A DNA stretch of 64,000 nucleotides from Pelagomonas calceolata (taxonomy: Eukaryota): assembly GCA_918797485.1 (NCBI GenBank), contig CAKKNE010000005.1, positions 2,108,001 to 2,172,000 of the forward strand, given 5' to 3'. This document shows positions 1-10,392 of the stretch, in pieces. Each line of letters opens with the position of its first letter. The stretch's first letter is position 1. The translations under genes were made by a program, and so were the position numbers. Below the pieces are notes generated by a model, which made no database searches, was not told the origin of the DNA, and was given only the letters and a program-made list of their open reading frames with translations.

Positions 1-280
1 CGGCTACGCGCCCTGCCCGCCGGACCCGAATCCCATCGTGTTTTTGGAGCAGATGCTGAGCTTCGGTTCGCCCACGGCCGTCGTTGGCGCACGCGCGGCC
101 GCGGGCCATGCCGTGTATGTCGCGGGCATGCTGCGCGCCGTCGGCGCGGCGCGCGGCGTCGACGTCGACCGCTACGCGTCACAACGCGAGCGAGCGAGGA
201 GGGTGATGGGCGAGTGGCTCTGCGGGAGCCGCGAGGCCGCGACGGAGCTCTCTGCTTCGCGTGATGTTTCTGTTGTGTAA
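1..280 (+). CDS. 3' end of a hypothetical protein (partial, runs off window start)
   Basis: Open GC-rich frame from the window edge to TAA at 278-280, convergent with the next gene; no recognisable motif. Confidence 0.45.
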   Translation, partial: GYAPCPPDPNPIVFLEQMLSFGSPTAVVGARAAAGHAVYVAGMLRAVGAARGVDVDRYASQRERARRVMGEWLCGSREAATELSASRDVSVV

Positions 281-293
281 TTGCATGTCTTAC

Positions 294-1540
294 TCACCAC
301 ATCTCGGGGTGGAGCGACTTATGTTCCTTGATGATGCGCGCGCGGTGGCCGATTGGGACGCCCAGCTCGACCCAGTCGTCCCGCTCGAGCGCCGGGATCG
401 CCAGGAAGTCGACGCCGTTCGCCACGAACCCGCCGGCGTACTGCGGGAGCTCCAGCGCCGCCAGGAACGCCGAGATGTCCTTCGGGCGGGAAGCCGACGG
501 CGCCTCGACAGCGGCGGGCGCCGGCGCGGGCGCGGCGGCTGGCGACACCGGCGGCGGCGGAGCGTCTGCAGGCGCGGCGACGGGCGCCGGCGACACGTCT
601 GGCACGTCGTCGTCCTCCTCCACCAGCGGAATGATCGTCCGCTCGATGGCGCCGTCGTGGCGCTCGGACGAGCGACGGTCGCGGCCCGGCCGCCGCGGAA
701 CGCGCGGAACTCGCCGTGCGTGCGGCGCACCTTGATGACCTCGCCCGTCTGCCCCGTACCATTGACAGCGCCGACGCGGACGTCGTACCACGAGCCGGGC
801 CGCGTCACGCGCACGATGACGCCCTCGCCGCCCCCGACGAGGTCGACGCGATCCCCCACATCCGGCCGCGGCGCCTCGAAGAGCTCGTGCTCCGGGACGC
901 TCGGCGCGCTCTCTGGAACGGACTCCTCCTCGCTCGTCTCGGGCGCGCAGGCGGCGCAGAGCCAGTCGCCCTCCGGGACACGTTCCAAGCCCGCGCAGCG
1001 CAGGTGCACCTCGCCGTCGCAGCCGTCGCAGAGCAGCACCTCACTAGTTCCCTGCGTCGACCGGTTGCACACGAGGCACTGGTCGTCGAGGAGCTCGGGC
1101 TCGGCCGGCGGCTCCGCGGGCACCATGAAAGGTGCCGTTCTCCGCGCCCGCGCGGTGCCGCACATCTCGCACCGCGTGCGCGCGGCGCCGTTCGCGAAGG
1201 TGCAGGCGGTGCACGCCCAGCGCTCGCGGCGGACGCGCGGCGCGGCCGCAGCCGCGGGCGGGCGGCGGCGCGCGGCGAGGAGCGACGACGCGGCGAAGGG
1301 CAACGCCGTCGTGGGCCGCGTCACGCCGAGGCGCGGGCGCTTCTTGACGCGGCCGCCTGCGTGCGCGTCGACCGGTTCACGAGTGGGTGCCAGACGGCGC
1401 GTCGATGGCGCGGAGGCGACCATCACAGCCGCGCGGCCGTCGAAGCGCCGCGCGCGACATGATTGACTGATGCACTGGCGGGCGCCCGGGCTACCGTACG
1501 GCGGCGTAGAAGGCTTTGTGGGGTGGGCCGCGGCGTCCAT
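294..1540 (-). CDS. Chromatin-type protein: RanBP2 zinc finger + PHD finger + C-terminal SAM domain; intron 1357-1485 and an unresolved frame change near 640-730
   Basis: WACTACTFAN...CEMC (RanBP2); CLVC...LLCDGCDGEVHLRC...WLCAAC (PHD); the SAM-like ISAFLAALELPQYAGGF...ELGVPIGHRARI lies in another frame (ORF 294..791). Confidence 0.7.
1357..1485 (-). mobile_element. Introner-like GC-AG intron (129 nt, in frame)
   Basis: Minus strand: donor GCGCCCGC vs downstream exon GCGGCCGC (7/8 TSD); element starts CAGTGCATCAGTCAATC and ends GCACGCAG; internal CGCCATCGACGCG. Confidence 0.65.
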
Positions 1541-2067
1541 ATGGGGTCGCGGAGGCCGGGGACTTTCGTGTTTCGTGTGTTTCTGGTGCAGGGGTGCCCA
1601 GTGCTCAATCTACTGGGCAAGCCCTGGTCGGCGGTGCCTGCGTCGGTGGGCGCTCGCTCGCGCGCTCGCGGGCGCGGGCCGGGGCAGCGACGCGGGTGTC
1701 CTACGCGTCCACGAGCTTAGTGAAGAGCACTCTCTTGTGATTTTCGGCTCGATCACTTAGAATTTGCGACGCGTCGCAGGCCTCCCCGCGCGTCTCGGAG
1801 AGGTCTCCGAGCGGGCCCACCGGACTAGAGACCAATGTATCCGCTTCTGTAGCTCCTCCAAAAAAACCCGCGTGTTAAAGCACAACCCGGACCAAGACGA
1901 CTGCCGCAATTACCAGCACTCCTATAGCGAGGCCTGGCGAGCACTGCGCAGCGAGCCCACCGCCTGTTTTGTCAGGTGACAAGGTTTGCCCCTTGGTAAT
2001 TGTCTTTGCATCTGGCTGGATTGGGCAGCCGCTGTCTTGATAATGGCCAGGATCGCGTGAACCGGCC

Positions 2068-3357
2068 ATGTCGTCGGCCCTCAGGAAGCTCCTGCCCAAG
2101 TACCTCCAGGGCACTGGCAGCCACACGGACCTCAGCTCGACCTGGGCCCAGCAGGACGCGCTTCCGCCCTGCGTACCCGCTGATTCCTTGCTGACGGAGA
2201 CGCGCGTGGGGCCGTACGAGGTGCTGAGGCGGCTGGGCGACGGCGAGTTCTCGACGGTCGTCGAGTGCCGCGCGGGCGCGGCGCCCGAGACGTACGCGCT
2301 CAAGGTGATTGGGAAGGCGAAGGTCCTGCGGCCGTCATCGATCGTCAAGTCGATTCGAAACATCGGCCGCGTGAACCGCGAGGTCAAGGCCATGCGCGCG
2401 GCGAACCACGCGGGGATCTGTCGGTTGTTCGACGTGATGCAGACGCCGTCTCATATCTATCTCGTTTTGGAGAAAGGAGATAGGGATTTATACGCGCTCA
2501 TCGACGACTACCCGGGCGGCTGCCCGGAGACCGTCGTGAAGAGCGCCACGAGGGTTCTAGTTTTAGCTTTGAGACATTGCCACAACGCGAAGATCGCGCA
2601 TAGGGATATCAAGCCCGAGAATATATTAGTGTGTGGCGACCCGCAAACTTGGCACCAGAACCCCGACGCCGGCATTGTTAAATTATGCGACTTTGGGCTG
2701 TGTGCGGACATTCCCGAGGACGGGGGGCTCCTGTCGGACTTTGTTGGAAGTCCGGGCTTCTTCGCGCCCGAGCTGTTGCAGCGACCGGCCTACGACGGCG
2801 CCCGGGCGGACTTGTTCAGCTTGGGCGCGGTCATGGTGGAGTTGATCTTTGGCCACGACTTTTTTGGAGCCGTGTGGTACCCGGCCTACGAGAGCTTCCT
2901 CCAGGTGGATAGCTTCGCGGCGGCCCTCGCGGAGGCCCTCGTGCGTGTCAGGTGCGGTCCGGCGGACCGGCCGCCGGCCGCGCCGCCCGTCCAAGCGTTG
3001 TTGAATGGGTTGCTGGAGGTCGTGCCCGAACGTCGAAGCACCGTAGCGGAGCTCTGCGAGGAGCCATATTTCGAGCTCATGCGGGGCGGCCCCGAGGACT
3101 CGTCGCTGCTGAGTCTGACCTTCGACCAGGCAAACGGCAAGCCTAGCGACGCCAAGCCGGCGAAGCGACGGCCGCGGAGCGCCGGGCGGACGCTCCGCGC
3201 GTCGTTCGCGGCGCCGGTGGCGGCCAGGGCGCCGGCGCCGGCCGGGGCCCGCCCGGCGCCGACCGGGCCGTTCCCGCCGCGCAAGGTGACGCCGCCGCTG
3301 GCCGAGGGCGTGCCTCCGAAGGACTGGGCGCGGACGTCCTTCGCCGTCGCGCCCTGA
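2068..3357 (+). CDS. Ser/Thr protein kinase (CAMK/SNF1-like group)
   Basis: LGDGEFSTV, ALK, HRDIKPEN, DFG, GSPGFFAPE, DLFSLG motifs. Confidence 0.9.
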   Translation: MSSALRKLLPKYLQGTGSHTDLSSTWAQQDALPPCVPADSLLTETRVGPYEVLRRLGDGEFSTVVECRAGAAPETYALKVIGKAKVLRPSSIVKSIRNIGRVNREVKAMRAANHAGICRLFDVMQTPSHIYLVLEKGDRDLYALIDDYPGGCPETVVKSATRVLVLALRHCHNAKIAHRDIKPENILVCGDPQTWHQNPDAGIVKLCDFGLCADIPEDGGLLSDFVGSPGFFAPELLQRPAYDGARADLFSLGAVMVELIFGHDFFGAVWYPAYESFLQVDSFAAALAEALVRVRCGPADRPPAAPPVQALLNGLLEVVPERRSTVAELCEEPYFELMRGGPEDSSLLSLTFDQANGKPSDAKPAKRRPRSAGRTLRASFAAPVAARAPAPAGARPAPTGPFPPRKVTPPLAEGVPPKDWARTSFAVAP

Positions 3358-3747
3358 CTTCTTTTCTTCGCTTGCTTGGTTTTTCCTTGGTTTTCTAAAC
3401 GTTCTTTGTATATATCACTTGTATACGGCGCGGCGCGGGCGTCGGCGCGGCGCGAGACCAAAAAAAGACGGGGACGGCGGGGGCCGCCGCAGAGATCTCT
3501 CCGGGCCGCGCGGGGCCCCGCGAGGCGTGCACGGCCTTTCCCCCTCATCACGTGACTCGCTAAACAACTGCTGCTCTTCAGGGTGCACCTTCGTCAGGCG
3601 AGCCCGCGGCGGGGGCGGAGCGATTTGATAGGAGCCGGGCTGCCCTGCGCACCGGCCGGCGACGGCGCCGGCAACCCGAAAGCCGCCGCGCGCGCGCCGG
3701 GCCGGCCTTGGCCTTTTTTCGCTACTCCCAGCTGAATAAGCGGCGAA

Positions 3748-5877
3748 ATGGCGGCGCGGGCCCACGGCTCGAAACCCAAATCGAATGGGAACAAGAACGC
3801 GTCCGTCGTGTCCTACGACAAGGCGAGCTTCGAGTCGCTGGATGGCAGCTGCGCGTCGAGCGAGTCGCACATCATCTCCCCCCATCCAGGGTCGCGCGAA
3901 CTGCCGCCGAGCCGCGACGAGCGCGTGGACGGCTGGCTGCGGTCGACGCTGCGCACGGAGGAGCCGGTCCAGCCGGCGGCGCGGGCTTCAGTAACAGGCG
4001 GGGACCTCATCGCGGCGGCCGCCGCGGGCGACCTCGAGGCGCTGCGGCGGGCGTCTCCGTCGGGCGTTGATGAGGGAAATTTTGATGGGAGGACCTGTTT
4101 ACACCTCGCGGCGTCGAATGGTAGATTGGACGTCGTCGCGTGTCTGGTGGACGAGCTCGGCGCCGCGACCAACGTCGTTGATAGGTGGGGCGGCACGCCG
4201 CTCGACGACGCCGTCCGCCATTCGCATGCGGAGGTCAAGGAGTTCCTGGAGGGGCGCGGCGCGGTGCGGGGCGTGTCGCAGCCGGGCGAGTGGGACGAGG
4301 GCGCTGACTTATGTGACGCGGCCGTCAAGGGCGACACGAGTAGATTGAGGCGGTTAGCTCAACAAAAGCAAAAGGGCAGCAACCAGGCGGACTACGACGG
4401 GAGATGTGCCTTACACCTAGCGGCCTGTGCCGGGCGGCTCGACGTCGTCAAATTGCTGGTTGAGGAGCTCGGGGCTGCTTTAGATGTCTCAGATCGGTGG
4501 AAGGGCACGCCGTTGGACGATGCGGAGCGCGAGGGCCAGGAGCACGTGGCGGCGTACCTCCTCGCAAGGGGCGCGCCGCGCGGCTTCCGCGCAAGGGGCA
4601 GCAGCTTGGCGCGGCGGTCGCGCGGCTCGCTGACGGACCTGCCCGAGGAACTAGATGATGTCGAGGAACTCGATGACGTCGACGTGCAGGTGCGAGTGAC
4701 GGAGGCGTGGCTCGCCGCGCTGCGGGAACGCAAGTACGTCGAGAAGTTCGACGCCGACGCGGAAGACGACGCGAGCGACGCGGCGATGCCTTTGTTTAAG
4801 CCCGGTTCCGTGATTGCGGAGTCCGTCGAGTTTGACGTGGACAGCTGGGAGTACGACGTGATTAAGCTCCATGAGCAGACAAATGGCCACTCGTTGGCGG
4901 TCGTCGGGGCGCGTTTGTTACAAAGGCACTCCCTCATTGAGCGATGTTCACTAGATACCAAGGTAGTACAAAACTTCTTCGCGGCCGTCGAGGCGAACTA
5001 CGGCGGAAACCCGTACCACAACTCGCAGCACGCGGCCGATGTAAGTGTTGGCGTCCACTTATTTTTGACGGAGCACGGGTTGATGGAGACGCGGTTTTCC
5101 GATCCCGTGGCTTGTCTAGCTGTTATATTGGCGGGCGTCGTGCACGACTTCGCGCACCCCGGCACCACCAATCCCCACGAGGTCAAGGCCGCCACGAAAC
5201 GACATAAAGCTTTCGGCGACTCCGGCGTGCTCGAGAAGTTTCACGTGCGGGCGGCCTTCGCGCTCATGCGCGATGCCCGGCTCAATATCTTGGCGCCGTT
5301 GGATCACGCGGGCTACGCACGAGCGAGGCGGACGATGGTCAAGGCCATCCTGGCGACGGACCTGGGACGGCACATGGCTTATGTGGAACGATTAAATGAG
5401 ATGGCCCTGGTCGAGGGCTCGCGGTCGCACTCGAACCGGGTCAATTCGTCGAAGGAGCAGACGTGGACCTCGCCGTTGCTAGATCCTGAAAAATGTGGAA
5501 GAGATTTAGTAGCGGCCGTGGCGCTGAAGTTTGCTGATCTCGGCCACGCCTGCAAGCGGAGAAATCTCCACGAGGAATGGACGGCGCGGATCACGAACGA
5601 GTTCTGGACGCTCGGTGAAAGGGAACGACACTTGGGCGTGGCCGTCTCGCCCTTATGCGATCGGGAGAAGGACATCGACGTGGCCAAGAGCCAGGTCGGC
5701 TTCTTCTCGTTCATTTGTTTGCCCTTTTTTGCGGTGGTGGCCGACTTGGTCGACCCGGACTGGCAGCTGCTGGCGCGGCTGCGCCAGAATTTGAGGTACT
5801 GGCAGAACAAGAAGAACGCGGAGCGGTGGCTCGCCACCGCCCAGCTGCAGGGCCCGCTGCAACGGCCCGTCTCCTGA
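3748..5877 (+). CDS. Ankyrin-repeat + class I 3',5'-cyclic nucleotide phosphodiesterase
   Basis: Two ankyrin pairs (DGRTCLHLAA...DRWGGTPLDDA); PDE catalytic motifs YHNSQHAADV, HDFAHPG, LATDL, KFADLGH, SQVGF. Confidence 0.88.
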   Translation: MAARAHGSKPKSNGNKNASVVSYDKASFESLDGSCASSESHIISPHPGSRELPPSRDERVDGWLRSTLRTEEPVQPAARASVTGGDLIAAAAAGDLEALRRASPSGVDEGNFDGRTCLHLAASNGRLDVVACLVDELGAATNVVDRWGGTPLDDAVRHSHAEVKEFLEGRGAVRGVSQPGEWDEGADLCDAAVKGDTSRLRRLAQQKQKGSNQADYDGRCALHLAACAGRLDVVKLLVEELGAALDVSDRWKGTPLDDAEREGQEHVAAYLLARGAPRGFRARGSSLARRSRGSLTDLPEELDDVEELDDVDVQVRVTEAWLAALRERKYVEKFDADAEDDASDAAMPLFKPGSVIAESVEFDVDSWEYDVIKLHEQTNGHSLAVVGARLLQRHSLIERCSLDTKVVQNFFAAVEANYGGNPYHNSQHAADVSVGVHLFLTEHGLMETRFSDPVACLAVILAGVVHDFAHPGTTNPHEVKAATKRHKAFGDSGVLEKFHVRAAFALMRDARLNILAPLDHAGYARARRTMVKAILATDLGRHMAYVERLNEMALVEGSRSHSNRVNSSKEQTWTSPLLDPEKCGRDLVAAVALKFADLGHACKRRNLHEEWTARITNEFWTLGERERHLGVAVSPLCDREKDIDVAKSQVGFFSFICLPFFAVVADLVDPDWQLLARLRQNLRYWQNKKNAERWLATAQLQGPLQRPVS

Positions 5878-5917
5878 GCACCCGTTGCATCGCGTGCGAA
5901 CGCGATGCAACGGGTGC
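5878..5917 (+). repeat. Perfect 18-bp hairpin with GCGA loop immediately after the PDE stop codon
   Basis: GCACCCGTTGCATCGCGT-GCGA-ACGCGATGCAACGGGTGC. Confidence 0.9.
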
Positions 5918-6139
5918 CGGACATTTATTTTCATGTCGCGCTCATCGACGCGCCCTGATTTCATGAAGGAGACTTAGGCCGTGGGCGCCACGTGCCACGG
6001 CCCGTCTCCCGACTCCCCCGCCAGCGACGCCGCCCCCGCAGGACTGCCTCTCGGTAGTTTAACCCCGCGGCGGCGACGCCCCCTTCCCCCACCTGCTTGA
6101 TGTGCACATAGTAAACTTAATTCCTGATCAATCTCTATT

Positions 6140-6258
6140 GTTACGGTGCTAGACTAGTGGGCGGAAACCGCGCGTCGCCGATTCATCGGCGTCGCGCGTG
6201 CCCTGTTTTGAGAGATTTGCTAAGTAATGTTACGGTGCTAGGACTAGTGGGCGGAGCG
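6140..6258 (+). promoter_or_regulatory. Two copies of tandem-junction motif GTTACGGTGCTA(G)GACTAGTGGGCGGA
   Basis: Copies at 6140-6165 and 6229-6258; recurs at 10424-10449 and, reversed, at 61328-61352. Function inferred only. Confidence 0.55.
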
Positions 6259-6543
6259 TACGTCTACCATCTACGGTGCTGAACTGGTGCTAGTGTGTCT
6301 ACAACGGTAGTCTCGCCCGAGGAGAAAAGAGGGCGCGGATCGCAGTCCCGGAAGGGTTGCTTGACGTTGCGGATTATAAAAAGTTGCAAGTGATTGTCGC
6401 AGCAACTTGCGCGCACTCCCTCCGCTTGCATTGCTGAACTGAGCCACGAGAGCGGTTTCGCAGAGCGGGCTTCAGAGAGCGGTCGAGCCAGTCGGCAGCG
6501 ACCGCGCACGCAGTGACGAGCAGCGAGTCGCGCAAGGCCAGCC

Positions 6544-9500
6544 ATGGGCGGCCCCTACGGTGGTGGCGGCTCCTACGGTGGCGGCAATTACGGCAAAGGC
6601 GGCGGTGGCTACGGCTCCCCGCAGGGCGGCCACGGCAAGGGCTACGGGGGCCCGCCTCGGGATAACTATGGAGGAGGCAAGGGCGGCTACGGCCAAGGGA
6701 ACTACGGTGGAGGCAAGGACGGAGGCGGCAAGGGCTACGGCCGCGGCGGCGGCCAGCCGTACGGGCGGGGCGGCGGCTACGCGCCCGGCAAGGGCCCCTA
6801 CGACCCGCGGTCGCCCAACGCGGGCAAGGGCAAAGGTGGCGGCTTCCGCGCGGGCGGCGGCGGCAGCAAGGGCGGCGTGGGGGCGCCGATGACCCCCGAG
6901 GACGCGCGCCTGAACAGCGAAATTACAAGGATGCCCAAGGGCCAGGGGCCCCAGGGCTTACTCCGGTTACTGAGCCAGGCCGGCGACCTGAGGAAAGCGA
7001 ACCCCGTGGTGCTGGCGGGTGCCTTGCATCGCCTGTCGAAGATGGGTTTTCAGGCTCGAGGTCGATTAGATCCGGTCTTCAAGGGTTTATTAGATTCGAC
7101 AGAGGCGCAATTATCGAACGCGGACCAGTGGTCGTCGAGGCATCTCGTGAACGCGGCGTACGCCGTGGCCAAGCTGAGAGTGACGCCCCAGGACACTCGA
7201 GCTTACAATGCCTTCGCGCAAGCTTCCTCCCAGCGGCTGCAGCACTTCAACGCCCAGGACATCTCGAATTTGAGTCCGTAACAGTGTCCGCGAGTCTCGC
7301 CCGAAACGCGCTCGAAATCGGAGGCGAGTCGCGTCGATGGCGTAACTAGCTCCCCGCGCGCAGGCTGGGCCTTTGCCACCGCCGACGCGCGCGATCCCGA
7401 CATAATACAGGTCGTCGCCCAGCTCCCGAAGCACGCCCACGCCAAATTATCCACGTTTACGTCGCAGGGCCTGGCGAACACGTGCTGGGCCCTCGCGACG
7501 CTCGGCGTCGGCTCCGCGGAGGACTTGACGCCCTTCGCTAGAGAGATAGAAGCTAGAGCGGACGAGTTCAAGCCCCAGGTACGTCTTTTTTTCTTGTTGA
7601 TGTCATTCGTACTGTATAGGAATTGTCAAATGCCATGTGGGCCTTCGCGCGGCTGCAGATCCCCGACGAGCGCTTCTTCGATTTGCTGGGCGACATGTGC
7701 GTGCGCAAGATGGAGCTGTTTAATGCGCAGAACCTGACGAACGTCGTCCGCCGGCTGTGTGGAAATCAACCAGTGGTCGGGTGCACTCATGTCTGAATCG
7801 AGTGGTGTAAGACCCACATCGCCACGCCGTCGAGCCGGCGTCGCGTCGATGGCGTGGAGGTCATGATTGATTCACGCAGGTCTGGGCCTACGCGACGGTG
7901 GGCCTGCGGCACGAGCGCTGCTTCGCGGCGACGGTGGCCTGCTCCCTACGAGCGTTGGACGGCTTCAACGCCCAGAACCTCAGCAATACGATCTGGGCCT
8001 ACGCGCGGAGCGAGTTCTACTCCCCCAACCTGATCGCGGCCATCGCCGCGCGGACGGCGCGCTCGCGGCGTCCCGTTTCTTTTTTGAGGACGAGGCCGTT
8101 TTTGACGGAAACGGACATGCGCCCCGCAGGCGTCCAAGCTCCACGAGTTTAATTGCCAAAATTTGTCGAACACGGCCTGGGCCATCGGGCGACGAGTGAG
8201 CGAAGGTCCCGAGGTGAAGCATCCCGCGGAGAAGGCCGTCTACCACCGAGCACTCACGCTCATCGTGCAGGAGGCTCATCGAAGACTAGACGAGATGGAG
8301 GCCCAAAACTTAGTATCGTTGGGCTACGCTATTGTTATTTCGAACTTCGAGGCGCCGGATTTCCTCTTCAGAGCACTACCGGAACGCTTGGCGAAAGTTT
8401 GTGGTAGAGCCAACGCCCAGGATCTGTCGAACGCGGTCTGGGCCACGGCCAAGGTCGGCGGTGGGAACTCTGATCAGACGGGAGCGAGGACCTTCTTCAT
8501 CGTCGAGGAAGAGGTCCTGAGAAGAGGTGCTGCCCGCTTAGAAAACCCGCAAAACATCAGTAATACCGCCTGGGCCTTCGCGAAGGCCGGCCAAGGTAGT
8601 GATGGTCTCTGGGCTTTACTCGCCGATGCGGCTACGCGACGCATGTCGCAGTTCAAGGCCCAGAACTGCTCCAATACCTTATACGCCTTCGCCGTCGCAC
8701 AGAGAAAAGACCACCACGCCCTCTTCGAGGCCGTGTCTCGGGAGATCCTACAGCGCGCGGAAACTGACCTAGGCAGCCAAGACCTCGCGAACATGTCCTG
8801 GGCCTTGGCTACGCTTGGGTTCGTGATGCCCGAGGATGACGGGGGACGGGGCACGTTGCAGAAGCGAGGAGGTGTTACAAATAACGTCACTACCGCTCCG
8901 TGGTTGGGACCGACGTTGGAGGCGTTGTCGCGAGGCGCCCAGCGCAGCTGTCGAAAGTTCAACCCGCAGCACCTCGCGAACACGGCCTGGCGCGCTCCCC
9001 GTGTCTGATCTGCACGCCGTCGACGCGACGCCATACTCGTACGACGCGCCATCGACGACGCGTATCCCGCGCAGGGCCTACGCCAAGCTTAACAAACGAG
9101 ACCCGCAGCTCATGGAGCACATCGCGCGCGCCGCCGAGCCCATTCTGGATTCATTTAAACCTCAAGAAATTAGCAATATGACCTACGCCTTCGCGAAGAC
9201 GCAATCGGCGCGAGGTTCGGAGTTTCTATTCGCGTCGATAGCCAAACAAGTTACTCGTAGAGTAGAAGAGTTCGGCCCGCAAGACGTCAGCAACACGCTC
9301 TGGGCCTTTGCGGCCTCGGACGCGCCGTTGGGCACGGATCTGTTTGTGGCCTGTGCACCGATAGTAGCGAGAAATATGCGGAATCAAAAAATGGACTGGA
9401 GAACACCTCAAAGAGTAGCAACAGTAGCTTGGTCGTATGCGCGAGCCGCCGTGTATGCTCCGGACTTGTTTCAAGCTTTGGCGGATGCGGCGTTAGCTAT

Positions 9501-10392
9501 ATTGGATGACTTTCTGGCGGTAGATGTCTCAAATGTGGCCTGGGCCTTCGCTGCTGCTGGAGAAACTGATCGAAGTGACTTGTATGAGGCGTTGTTCGAA
9601 CGAGCCCGAGTACTAGGCGCAGTGTTCGCGCCGCAGGAGTTAGCCAACGTCGTTTGGTCCTACGCGGGTTTAGATGATCCGGAAGCGTGCCGGCGCATGT
9701 GGTGCTTCATGTTCGAAGGCCCCCCGTGGGACCCGAATCAGTTGGATGAAGTGGCCAAATCGCAGTTACAACAAGCTTGGTTGCGACTGACGCGCGACTC
9801 TAGGATTACGGGCGAAGTCCCACCCTTACCGGAAGCCTGGCGCCGCGACTTCGCGGAGTCGTTCAAGATCACGGAGAAGTCGTTAGGTTCTCGTACTCAA
9901 GACCAGGTGTCGTTCGTGTTGAATGAGATCGGGTGGTCCCATTCTACGGAACACTACGACTCCGAGTCAGGGTTATCGTTGGACATGGCCCAGATCCCGA
10001 CGAAGACCGCCGTCGAGTTCGACGGCCCCGTGCACTACTTTGCCAATGAGCCCTGGATGCTCACGGGTCGATCGAAACTGAAACGACGGCTATTAGATCT
10101 AACAGGTTGGGAGGTCGTCTATATTGATTATAGAGACTGGGATAGCGCAACAGATAAGGTCGACTGCGTCTTCAAGGCGTTCGCGAAGCATGGGGTGGAT
10201 CCTCAGGTCGCGCAGCGGGACGCGCATCTCACGAGAGCATTGCCCGAGGCCGAGTCGTCGGCGGATTTTGTTCAACTGCAGCGGTACGCCCAGCAACGAC
10301 TCATGCCGACCTTCACGCCGGGCGACGGGGCGGGCTTCGTCGTGGACTACACGCCGGGGGGCGGTGGCGCGCCGGGGCACTACGGGGTCTGA
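6544..10392 (+). CDS. Gly/Tyr-rich N-terminus + OPR/FAST-like helical repeats + C-terminal RAP domain; exons 6544-7273, 7364-7578, 7620-7745, 7880-8056, 8130-8989, 9075-10392 (~1141 aa)
   Basis: Repeated F.PQ.LSN..WA.A units made continuous by five introns; RAP signature AVEFDGPVHY...KLKRRLL...GWEVVYIDY.DW. Confidence 0.85.
7274..7363 (+). other. GT-AG intron (90 nt), eroded introner-like
   Basis: Removes a stop and restores ISNLS-WAFA; CAGTGT 8 nt after the donor; internal CGCGTCGATGGCG; ends GCGCAG|G. Confidence 0.8.
7579..7619 (+). other. Short AT-rich canonical GT-AG intron (41 nt)
   Basis: CAG|GTACGT...TATAG|G restores FKPQ-ELSNAMWAFA. Confidence 0.85.
7746..7879 (+). mobile_element. 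Introner-like GT-AG intron (134 nt)
   Basis: Restores LTNV-VWAYA; inverted ends CTGTGTGGAAATCAACCA / TGATTGATTCACGCAG; 5' end nearly identical to the element at 23110. Confidence 0.8.
8057..8129 (+). other. GC-AG intron (73 nt)
   Basis: Restores ART-ASKLHEFNCQNLSN; first 19 nt identical to the intron at 47230-47287. Confidence 0.7.
8990..9074 (+). other. GC-AG intron (85 nt)
   Basis: TG|GCGCGCTC...GCGCAG|G restores NTAW-AYAKL; internal CGCCATCGACG motif. Confidence 0.75.

Noticed and set aside
261..1466. Long + strand ORF (and many similar antisense/alternate-frame ORFs)
   Set aside because: Arg/Pro/Ala-rich shadows of GC-rich genes; the domain motifs lie on the other strand or frame.
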